A DNA stretch of 64,000 nt from a virus, in IMG/VR virus record IMGVR_UViG_3300024258_000005, one strand, 5' to 3'. Both the position numbers and the translations under genes were made by a program. Below, piece after piece: positions 48,109 to 56,328 of the stretch (position 1 is the stretch's first letter; each line of letters starts with the position of its first letter). The notes beneath the pieces were generated by a model. That model saw nothing but the letters and a program-made list of their open reading frames with translations, was not told the DNA's origin and did no database searches.

Positions 48109-49035
48109 TTATTTTTCGTAACCATCGCATCGAAGAATGAATTCACAATCTTTACATGAACGAGGTTTATCGTAAGAAGCTATCCTATTAGTTATAGCTG
48201 TTTCTAACATTGACTCTACTGTTATATCCTGAACTGTGGTTAAATCAAATGTTTGAATATTCCAATCAGTTAGATCATATATATGATCTAACGTACTAAC
48301 GCAGTATTTTTCATATCCTTTCATAAAGCAGAAAGGAATATATCTAACAGTCACAGGAACGATATCTTTATCGATAAAGATCATTATCTTAGGAGATACT
48401 TTCTGGTAATCTAAATAATCTAATTTATGTGATGATTCCCATCTATTTAAAGGTAAGAAGTTTAACTGTTGAATTTTAACACCACATCTTATTAGATATT
48501 TTATAATTCTAGCATAATTACGACCATCAAAATCATTTTGAACAGTGCAATTAATTCGAATATCCATATCTAACTCTTGAGCATTCTTAATTGCTTGAAT
48601 TATCTTTCTAAACGCTTTATGATCAACTTTCTCATTATGCGATTTAGTATTCCAACCGTGTAAACTGAATAATATTTCAGATAAGCCATGATCTTTAGCT
48701 TCTTTTAGTTTATCAATATCACTGAAACTAATACCATTTGTAAGCATAGCTATTTTATCAAAGTTTTTACACATATCTAAGATTGTTAAGAACTCAGGAT
48801 GTATAGAACTTTCACCACCTGATAAATCAATACTTGTCATACCAGAAGCTTTCAATAAATTAATTTCATTCTCAATGATACTAAGTTTTCTAAAAGGATC
48901 TTTTAAATTACCTTGATAGTAACAGAATTCACAATTTAAATTACAAGTAGTTCCAGTATTTAATCTACCTCTTAAACATATCGGTTTATCTGGTAGATCA
49001 TTAATTTTGGGCTTTATTATTTTATTTAAATTCAT
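48109..49035 (-). CDS. Radical SAM protein with HxsC-like C-terminal Cys cluster
   Basis: TCNLNCEFC; LSGGES; IPFC...KPRSCKDCEFILRCDG; 4-nt overlap with the Cys-rich S74 gene. Confidence 0.9.
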   Translation of the reverse strand: MNLNKIIKPKINDLPDKPICLRGRLNTGTTCNLNCEFCYYQGNLKDPFRKLSIIENEINLLKASGMTSIDLSGGESSIHPEFLTILDMCKNFDKIAMLTNGISFSDIDKLKEAKDHGLSEILFSLHGWNTKSHNEKVDHKAFRKIIQAIKNAQELDMDIRINCTVQNDFDGRNYARIIKYLIRCGVKIQQLNFLPLNRWESSHKLDYLDYQKVSPKIMIFIDKDIVPVTVRYIPFCFMKGYEKYCVSTLDHIYDLTDWNIQTFDLTTVQDITVESMLETAITNRIASYDKPRSCKDCEFILRCDGYEK

Positions 49036-49859
49036 ATTATTCTGCTGAATATATCTCTATAAAGAGCATCATAATCGACTTGAAAATACTCTTCTGTATT
49101 TATAACATAAATTGATAAACCATCTCTGATTAAATCTTGAGCCATTACACCAAATTGTTTTTCTTTTGGTAAATCAAGTCCTAGTTCAGTACCATCAACA
49201 TAATAAAATGAATAGAATTTAATAGGAGTTTTACTCTTAATTTTATTCGATGCTACTGTTCCAATATGATTTATTTCAATCTTTAATCGTCTATCGCTAT
49301 AGTTACAACCACAATCTGTATTACATGTACATACATTATTACAAGCACAATCTGAATTACATAAACAGTTATCCGCAATACTAATATAATTGTTTATAAT
49401 ATTATTATAAAAAGCTGCTTCTATTTCTGCTGGACGAGATATTGAAGCTATACCAAAAGTACTAAATGAATTAATAACAGATACCATTTGATCCCATTCG
49501 TATTTATAAGCAACATTTCCTTTAATAGCATTTAAAGTAATTTTAGGAATATACCATGATTGATTACTTGCTTGCTTGTATCTAGGATCAGGATTACTTA
49601 CTCCCCTAGACCAATTATTAGCAATACTATTTAATGAGTGTTTTAAACTTGTAGTGTCTTCTGTACAAACTGTATCAGTAATTCCTACAAAATTTAAAGA
49701 GGGGAAAGCTGCTCCTTGATTAGGTGCATGGTGAGCCGCACAATCAATTCTTCTATCTTGTATAGCAGTAGCGCCTCCATATACTACTTGACCTTCTATT
49801 GTAGCTGGATTAGCTACAAGGGTTGGAGTCGTTTCATCTGTTATATTATTAACTGCCAT
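49032..49859 (-). CDS. Short fibre-like protein with a (CxCNxx)4 core followed by a peptidase S74 intramolecular chaperone
   Basis: NCLCNSDCACNNVCTCNTDCGCNY (49299-49367), then SDRRLKIEI...FYSFYY...GVMAQDL...YFQVDYDAL (S74 pattern). Confidence 0.85.
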   Translation of the reverse strand: MAVNNITDETTPTLVANPATIEGQVVYGGATAIQDRRIDCAAHHAPNQGAAFPSLNFVGITDTVCTEDTTSLKHSLNSIANNWSRGVSNPDPRYKQASNQSWYIPKITLNAIKGNVAYKYEWDQMVSVINSFSTFGIASISRPAEIEAAFYNNIINNYISIADNCLCNSDCACNNVCTCNTDCGCNYSDRRLKIEINHIGTVASNKIKSKTPIKFYSFYYVDGTELGLDLPKEKQFGVMAQDLIRDGLSIYVINTEEYFQVDYDALYRDIFSRII

Positions 49860-49892
49860 TTTTATTCCTTTAATTCCTAATTTTCTTAGGAA

Positions 49893-50996
49893 TTAAATTC
49901 CTAAGTGTTTTTGCACGGTTCTATCTATTTTTCCGAATGCTTTATATATTCCACATAAGTCATCTTTTGGATCATGATACTTTTCTTCATATGTTTCTTT
50001 TGTTGATGTATCATGATTTACAATTGGACATTGATAACATACAGTTGCTGTACAACCTTTACAATGTTCAGGAACAAGCATAATTTCTTTATGTCTTTCA
50101 TGTGAAGTCATAACAGCTTCAACCGGATTATCAATATGCCCAATTATAAAATCTTCTTTATTTTCAGAATATAACGCTCCATGACAAACTAAAAGATTAC
50201 CATCAATATCAACATTAGCTATATTCGTACCAGCAGAACAAACATTGCGTTCACCTGTTCCAAACCATGACCAAACGAATCTACCATTAGCTTTATAATA
50301 TTCTATTTCTAGCTTAGCAATCTTTAAAAATTGTTCATTAACTATCTTTAAGAACGGTTCATCTATTACATATTTGTTAGTGTACTCTAATGTAGGAGAA
50401 TAGTTAAAAGTGGGATATTTTTCAATTAGTTCTTTAAAATGTAACCAATTCTCTAATAGATTAGGCATTTCATGAATTGCTAATGTACTCTTTATACTGA
50501 GTTTAATATCTGGAAATTTATCCATTAAGTAATGAACTGAGCTTAGGACTGTACTTGATGTACCTTCACCTTTATGATCAACTCTTTCTAAATCATTATT
50601 AAGACCGTCATAACTTATTTGATAACTAAATCTTGAAGTGTCATCTATAAATAATTTAAAGTTATTAATAATTTTCTCAATATTTTTAACATTAAAACCA
50701 TTAGTATACATGAAGAAATCAACAGGAGAATCTTTAAATTCATTAATCAATCTAATAATCATTTTAGAATTTAGAGTAGGTTCACCACCCCAAAAATTAA
50801 TAGTTACGCCGTTGAACACTTCTAGGAATTTCTCACCATTAAGCATCTCATGAACTGATTTAATAATATCATCTGTATGTAACTGAGGATTCTTATTTTG
50901 AAGCTCTTCCCCTTCGAAACAATAGGTACAAGCCATATCACACTTTTGTGTAGTTGTTACTTCATATGCGAAATATCTTTTTTGTCTTTGATTCAT
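49893..50996 (-). CDS. Radical SAM/SPASM protein (anSME/peptide-maturase-like)
   Basis: KCDMACTYC; FWGGEPTL; TNG; ISYDG; CSAG...GNLLVCHG...CKGCTATVCYQCP...DLC. Confidence 0.92.
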   Translation of the reverse strand: MNQRQKRYFAYEVTTTQKCDMACTYCFEGEELQNKNPQLHTDDIIKSVHEMLNGEKFLEVFNGVTINFWGGEPTLNSKMIIRLINEFKDSPVDFFMYTNGFNVKNIEKIINNFKLFIDDTSRFSYQISYDGLNNDLERVDHKGEGTSSTVLSSVHYLMDKFPDIKLSIKSTLAIHEMPNLLENWLHFKELIEKYPTFNYSPTLEYTNKYVIDEPFLKIVNEQFLKIAKLEIEYYKANGRFVWSWFGTGERNVCSAGTNIANVDIDGNLLVCHGALYSENKEDFIIGHIDNPVEAVMTSHERHKEIMLVPEHCKGCTATVCYQCPIVNHDTSTKETYEEKYHDPKDDLCGIYKAFGKIDRTVQKHLGI

Positions 50997-51241
50997 GATT
51001 TCTCAATTTGACCAAGAATATCATCATAGTCATCGGCACTTAATTTAGAAGCATCTAATTTAGAATTTTCTTCCATTGCAGTTAAAGTAACTTTTGCCAT
51101 ATTAAATATAGTAGCAGCTGCGTCATTAAAACCAGCATCGTCTAATATATTACCAGCTTGAACTAAATGCCAAATTGAAGCCTTTAATTGTACTTCTAAA
51201 GGCTCATCTTTTAATGGAGTCTCTTTATTTTCTTCATTCAT
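50993..51241 (-). CDS. Small acidic helical protein, 82 aa, coupled to the SPASM enzyme
   Basis: 4-nt overlap with the rSAM start; RBS AAGGA. Confidence 0.6.
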   Translation of the reverse strand: MNEENKETPLKDEPLEVQLKASIWHLVQAGNILDDAGFNDAAATIFNMAKVTLTAMEENSKLDASKLSADDYDDILGQIEKS

Positions 51242-51251
51242 TTTTATATCC

Positions 51252-51767
51252 TTAAATTTGTATTTTATATTGTTCTGATAATGTTTCTAACACATCTAAC
51301 TTTTGTAAATTATATATTGGAACGTTGTAAGTATCAGCTACACCAATAGCTAAACCCGTTCCACCTGTATCTTTACCGACTTCTTCTTTATTTGTAGCAC
51401 CATCTATAGTCCAACATATTAAGAAATCACTTGGACGATCTAAACCTATTCCTAGAACTTGATGAACATTTCTAGCCATGAGTCTTTTAACTGGTGTTTT
51501 TAAATATTTCCAACTCCGATGATGTTCAGATGCTATATCAAATGCTTGAGGCCAAATATTAAATAAACTTGATGTGTTATTATTAAAACCTTTCCATGGC
51601 AGAAATATATCTTTCTTATCAATATCTTTTTCAAATGCTAAATCTGCTCCATCTGCTCCACCAGATCTTAGAATATATGTATCTTTAAATACTTGTGAGA
51701 AGCTTGACATAAATTCTAAAATTGCTGTTGGAGTCTTTCTTGCGCCTATCCCTGTATAGTAATTCAT
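51252..51767 (-). CDS. SLOG/DprA-like nucleotide-binding protein
   Basis: YTGIGARKTP...LRSGGADGADLAFE...GGTGLAI motifs. Confidence 0.8.
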   Translation of the reverse strand: MNYYTGIGARKTPTAILEFMSSFSQVFKDTYILRSGGADGADLAFEKDIDKKDIFLPWKGFNNNTSSLFNIWPQAFDIASEHHRSWKYLKTPVKRLMARNVHQVLGIGLDRPSDFLICWTIDGATNKEEVGKDTGGTGLAIGVADTYNVPIYNLQKLDVLETLSEQYKIQI

Positions 51768-52312
51768 GACTTATATTCTAACGGCATTGTAGCTATGCTA
51801 ATAATATGATCAATTGTTCCATCATCAACATCAACAACAATATATGGAATTGAATTTTTCATTAATAAATGAGCAATTGTATCATCTAAAAGTTTAGCAC
51901 CTTCCAAATCTTGTTCTCTACCATACTCTTCGTATAGAGCTTCTTTATTTCTTCTAAGAAGAATATTAACATTATTATATCTATTAAATTGTTCTTTTAG
52001 ATAAGCATTAAATTCAGCAATTGGTATCTTAGTTTCACAACAATATGACATTCCCATTATGAATGGACTATCATGTACAGCATAATCAACTTTATTAAGA
52101 AGTCTATACATTCTATGATGCTGTTCACCTGCTACCAATAGTTGGTCAGAAAGTCTAAACCAATCTTCTGAATATACTAATTCTTTAGCAAACTCTTGAG
52201 TCATATCAACTTTCTTTCCTAGCATTTTTAATCTATCAAATACAGCAGCAGCTGTTCTACTTTTACCAACTCCTGGGCCTCCGAATAGGTTTATATTTAT
52301 TGCACTTTTCAC
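51764..52312 (-). CDS. P-loop NTPase/kinase (AAA_28, NadR-like)
   Basis: NLFGGPGVGKS Walker A; EFAKE; VHDSPF. Confidence 0.82.
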   Translation of the reverse strand: MKSAININLFGGPGVGKSRTAAAVFDRLKMLGKKVDMTQEFAKELVYSEDWFRLSDQLLVAGEQHHRMYRLLNKVDYAVHDSPFIMGMSYCCETKIPIAEFNAYLKEQFNRYNNVNILLRRNKEALYEEYGREQDLEGAKLLDDTIAHLLMKNSIPYIVVDVDDGTIDHIISIATMPLEYKS

Positions 52313-53289
52313 ATATTTTCCTTTTCAAATAAAATTAACAGAGTATGTCGTGTTCTAGATATTAATTCTGTAATCTCTTTATTAATGTACTTGTAGATCT
52401 CACATAACTCAGCGATAGGAGCTTTGTTTTTAATTTGCTCATAAGTACACCCACGATGACAAAATTGACTTATGTCGCATTTATCACACACATCAGTTAC
52501 TATATATTTATTAGTTAATAATGTTGTAGAGTCTCTCTCGAAACGCTCGCATGCAACTATTTTCTTCTGAGGAGTAATTGCCCAGTAGCTTGTTCCTACT
52601 CCACAATCTTCTTGTTCATGACCTTTCATAAAGAATTCTAGAACAGGATTGAGATATGTTTTAATTAATCCTGGTATCTCATTGTAAGTCTTATATTGTT
52701 TAAAGTCACCAAGATAATTAATGTATTTAGTAAACTCTTTATTAAATGTTTGAACTTGTTCATCATTCCATGAACCAATGTCTCTAACAAGAGTCATATC
52801 AGGAACTAATCCTACATCTATAAGAGCTTCGTGTTGTTTAATAAGAATATTATCTTGCATATCAATTCCATTAATCATACAATGACCATGAGTTGCACCT
52901 GCTTCAATTAATGATCGAATATAGATTCGATGATTCCCTCGATGAGCTTCTTGAAAAATACCATCATATGATATAGTGGTTCTAATATTAGGATGCTCCA
53001 CAATTTTTTTAACTGTTTTATTATATATTGTCCCATTTGTAGTTATTACAATTTGAATCAAATTTGGATGAGATTCTAATTTATTTATTATATATTCTAC
53101 AATATCTAATTGTAGAAAAACTTCCCCACCGAATATACTAAACACAAAAGGCTCAGTTAAATTCAACATAAATTCATCAAAGTACGCTTCGTCTAATCTA
53201 AGTTTATTATTGACGTCAACATTACAATATGTACAATTCATATTACATAACTCTGATACCACATAATGCCAATGTTTTACATCTTTCAT
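52309..53289 (-). CDS. Radical SAM/SPASM protein
   Basis: LCNMNCTYC; FGGE; TNG; SYDG; CGVG...IVACERF...CDKCDISQFCHRGC...LCEIY full SPASM Cys set. Confidence 0.92.
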   Translation of the reverse strand: MKDVKHWHYVVSELCNMNCTYCNVDVNNKLRLDEAYFDEFMLNLTEPFVFSIFGGEVFLQLDIVEYIINKLESHPNLIQIVITTNGTIYNKTVKKIVEHPNIRTTISYDGIFQEAHRGNHRIYIRSLIEAGATHGHCMINGIDMQDNILIKQHEALIDVGLVPDMTLVRDIGSWNDEQVQTFNKEFTKYINYLGDFKQYKTYNEIPGLIKTYLNPVLEFFMKGHEQEDCGVGTSYWAITPQKKIVACERFERDSTTLLTNKYIVTDVCDKCDISQFCHRGCTYEQIKNKAPIAELCEIYKYINKEITELISRTRHTLLILFEKENM

Positions 53290-53308
53290 TACTAGCCTTT
53301 ATATTATT

Positions 53309-53507
53309 ATTTCTATGGTAATTATTGAATCTCTTTAAAGATAATAATTTTTTTACCCTAAAAGATAATAATTTTTTTTACCCTAAAAGATAATAATTAG
53401 AAAATAATTGCTATCTTTTAGGGTAATTTTTTTAGGTAAGGAAATTCAATACTATAGTCTAAAAATTCTATAGAATTACCCCAAAAGATAGAAATTAAAG
53501 ACAAGAG
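53309..53507. repeat. Dispersed intergenic element copy 3: four TATCTTTTRGGGTAA boxes, 24/25-nt tandem repeat, class-2 promoter motif
   Basis: ATTTCTATGGTAA 53309-53321; boxes at 53353-53367, 53378-53392, 53412-53426 (opposite orientation), 53476-53490; tandem AAAGATAATAAT7-8ACCCTA 53337-53398; AAAGACAAGAG 53497-53507. Confidence 0.88.
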
Positions 53508-53522
53508 ATGTAGAGGTAAGGA

Positions 53523-55421
53523 TTAAACCTTAACCTCTACATAACCACCTTTCGAAGGAGTAATAGCTATACCAATTAATGGTTCACTACTATAATATGA
53601 ATCTTTAGATTGTGATCTAGTCACACCTATAACTTTTCCGAACTCTTTTGGATCTGGGAAAATATACATACCTCTAACTATATCATGATTTGTCTTAACT
53701 GGGATCCGTCCTTTTAAGGCAACAAAAATATAATCTTTTGTTCTAACTGAAGCATTAAGTTCAAGCCCTGGTGAAGTAGAAACAACACCCGCTAATGGTA
53801 ATTCAGGATTATACAAAGTAACTTCTGTATCTATACCAATACTAAGAACCGTACCTGGCTCATATTGTAAATCACTTTCGTATTTTTCAGCTAAATCTGC
53901 ATACTCTGCAGATGTCGCAACACCTTCAAATTTACCACCATCTGTTTTAAAATCAAATGCTGTAACTCTGCCTGAGAAAGTACCATTTGCACCATTCTTA
54001 AGAGAATATGTATTATTTAAATCTAAATCACCACCTAATAATAATCCACCTGCTGCAGTAATTTTACCAGTACTTGTAAAAGTACCAGCATTTTCAAAAT
54101 TACCATGTACATACATATTTCTCAAAACATCTAAATCTCTTCCAAGATAAGTATCTTTACCAGTTATTTGATGAATCTCATCGTTGAATGTTGCTTCGCC
54201 TGTTAAAGTCATATCACCTGCATTCGTAACAATAAATTTTACATCACCAAGCTTCTCAATAAAAATTGAATTTTCAGTTTGAATGTCACCAACTACTGTT
54301 AAGTATCCACCTACTGTTAAGTATCCACCTACTGTTAAATAATTACCAACTGTAAAGTATTCACTGATAGTACCAAAACCATCAAGTATATTAAGATTAC
54401 CTAATCCAGTAATTTCGATATCTCCAGCTGCTGTAGCGATACCAGTAGTAACATCTAATCGGCCATCACCAGTACTAATATCACCTGTACCTGTACTAAT
54501 ATTACCAGCTCCTGTATTAACAAAACCATTATTAGTTGAAGTAACACCATCTCTAATAAAACTTAAACCTCTAGTAATATCTAAATTACCATTTGAAGCA
54601 ACTATATTACCAATGTCAGTTCTGATTTCACCATCAACTGTTGTAATATGACCTTGTCCACCAACATTAACAAAACCACCACCAGCATTACTTCTAAAAC
54701 CAGTATTAACATGACAATATCCAAGTGAACTTAGAATATTACCGTTTGTTGTTAATGAATTATCTGATGAATTGGTTGAATTAATAGTAACTTTTCCAGT
54801 AGTATCAACTTTAAAAAATGTTTGAACTTCAAATGTTCCAGGTAGATAAACTATATTAAAACGACTAGCATCACCAATAGTTAAAAGGTGAGTATTTTCA
54901 TTCATATTTAAAATAGTTTGATCTTTATACCACATTGATAAAGCATCAATATATAACCAATCTCTATTTACTTGAAGATTTTCTATATCGTAACCTGTTA
55001 AAAGCCCTTCTACATAAGTAGGCGATTTAATAGGACCGGTAAAGTATTCTAATTTTTTTAGATGTAATATTTCAGCAGTATCTTCTATGATGGCATCAGC
55101 TCTACGACTTTCTTTTCGAAGTTGACCTAAAGCAAAATAATTTTTAGATAATTCATCAACTGTTAAATCTTTAAGAGCACCAACATTTATTTCAAGTTGA
55201 AGCATATCAGCTCTAAGTAATTCATTTGAATTATGTGTAACTTCTAATAGTTTTGTAACTATTATTTTGTAATCATTTTCTAGCTTATACGATAATTCGT
55301 CACTCTGCTCATAATAAGCAGCAACATCATTCGTAAGGCCTTGAATATTACTTTTTAATTTAGCCTCGTTAAATTTTAGGGCATTTAAAGTTGCTACTTC
55401 TTGCAGTATTGACTTTGACAT
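53523..55421 (-). CDS. Tail fibre with a C-terminal peptidase G2-type intramolecular chaperone
   Basis: Coiled-coil N-terminus, Gly-rich triple-beta repeats, SAEYADLAEKY...PGTV...GVVSTSP...VALKGRIPVK. Confidence 0.85.
   Translation of the reverse strand: MSKSILQEVATLNALKFNEAKLKSNIQGLTNDVAAYYEQSDELSYKLENDYKIIVTKLLEVTHNSNELLRADMLQLEINVGALKDLTVDELSKNYFALGQLRKESRRADAIIEDTAEILHLKKLEYFTGPIKSPTYVEGLLTGYDIENLQVNRDWLYIDALSMWYKDQTILNMNENTHLLTIGDASRFNIVYLPGTFEVQTFFKVDTTGKVTINSTNSSDNSLTTNGNILSSLGYCHVNTGFRSNAGGGFVNVGGQGHITTVDGEIRTDIGNIVASNGNLDITRGLSFIRDGVTSTNNGFVNTGAGNISTGTGDISTGDGRLDVTTGIATAAGDIEITGLGNLNILDGFGTISEYFTVGNYLTVGGYLTVGGYLTVVGDIQTENSIFIEKLGDVKFIVTNAGDMTLTGEATFNDEIHQITGKDTYLGRDLDVLRNMYVHGNFENAGTFTSTGKITAAGGLLLGGDLDLNNTYSLKNGANGTFSGRVTAFDFKTDGGKFEGVATSAEYADLAEKYESDLQYEPGTVLSIGIDTEVTLYNPELPLAGVVSTSPGLELNASVRTKDYIFVALKGRIPVKTNHDIVRGMYIFPDPKEFGKVIGVTRSQSKDSYYSSEPLIGIAITPSKGGYVEVKV
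54293..54338. repeat. 18-nt tandem repeat encoding YLTVGG units
   Basis: CTACTGTTAAGTATCCAC x2 plus a partial third copy. Confidence 0.85.
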
Positions 55422-55433
55422 TATCCATCCTTT

Positions 55434-55895
55434 TTATATTCCATATGTTTTTGATATATTTTCTATACTTTGAAGAATTATTCTACAAGCTCTAGCAGGC
55501 GATAAATCAACCTGTACTGTATTTTCATTTATAATTGTTATTGGCACTATCGAATTTTGCCATCCAGCTGTTTCCAATACCCAAATATTATATTGAAAAA
55601 ATTCAGTATCTAAATTATGATTAAATATATGTTGTACATTTACAGCACCTTCATACATTACATTATTATCATTTATATTATTTATAACTCTTTCTACTTC
55701 AAGTGAATCAGTTCCAGTTCCAGTTGATAAAGTATCAACTACTGCTAATGCATCTGCTAAGTTATTAACACCTGCTAAGTTACCCACACCAGGCGCAGTA
55801 TTTATTGTATTAGATATTACACTTTTAAATCTAAGGTCTGATGCTTTTACATTTTGAACAATGCCATCTGAATTAGTTACATCTATATATCTCAT
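55434..55895 (-). CDS. Small fibre-associated structural protein
   Basis: FNHNLDT...ITIINENTVQVDL motif common in fibre-associated beta domains. Confidence 0.55.
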   Translation of the reverse strand: MRYIDVTNSDGIVQNVKASDLRFKSVISNTINTAPGVGNLAGVNNLADALAVVDTLSTGTGTDSLEVERVINNINDNNVMYEGAVNVQHIFNHNLDTEFFQYNIWVLETAGWQNSIVPITIINENTVQVDLSPARACRIILQSIENISKTYGI

Positions 55896-56305
55896 GCAAA
55901 TACCTCATTATAACCCACGTAATTAAGCGTTAATACTGAGTTATCAGTAATCCATTGACTTGGTATATTTAAAGCTGTAATATCAAAGTATAAGTGATTA
56001 TCAACCATATGCTGAGAAAGTTCCTCATTGATTTCAATATCTCCAATACCATTAAAATATATATTATCTATATAAACTACTTTGTTTGGAAATGGTATAC
56101 TTAGTATACCATCATCGATTGTTAATCCTGTAATAACTTTATCTTTATAATGCACGAAGTCAAATTCTGAGACAAAAGTGTGAAATAATTCCTTAACTGA
56201 TAATCCTTCTAGGCTATCAGTATTCTTAGAGATTATTGTTCCATCTCTAATACCTGAAACAATAGTTCTAACTATTGTTTCATAATTATCTATTATTACA
56301 CTCAT
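55892..56305 (-). CDS. Hypothetical structural protein, 137 aa
   Basis: Coupled to neighbours; RBS AAGGA. Confidence 0.55.
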   Translation of the reverse strand: MSVIIDNYETIVRTIVSGIRDGTIISKNTDSLEGLSVKELFHTFVSEFDFVHYKDKVITGLTIDDGILSIPFPNKVVYIDNIYFNGIGDIEINEELSQHMVDNHLYFDITALNIPSQWITDNSVLTLNYVGYNEVFA

Positions 56306-56328
56306 AACAATCCTTTCTTTTATTAAAA

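Noticed and set aside
53337-53398. Tandem 24/25-nt repeat as a mini CRISPR array
   Set aside because: Units are contiguous with no unique spacers, and there are no cas genes.
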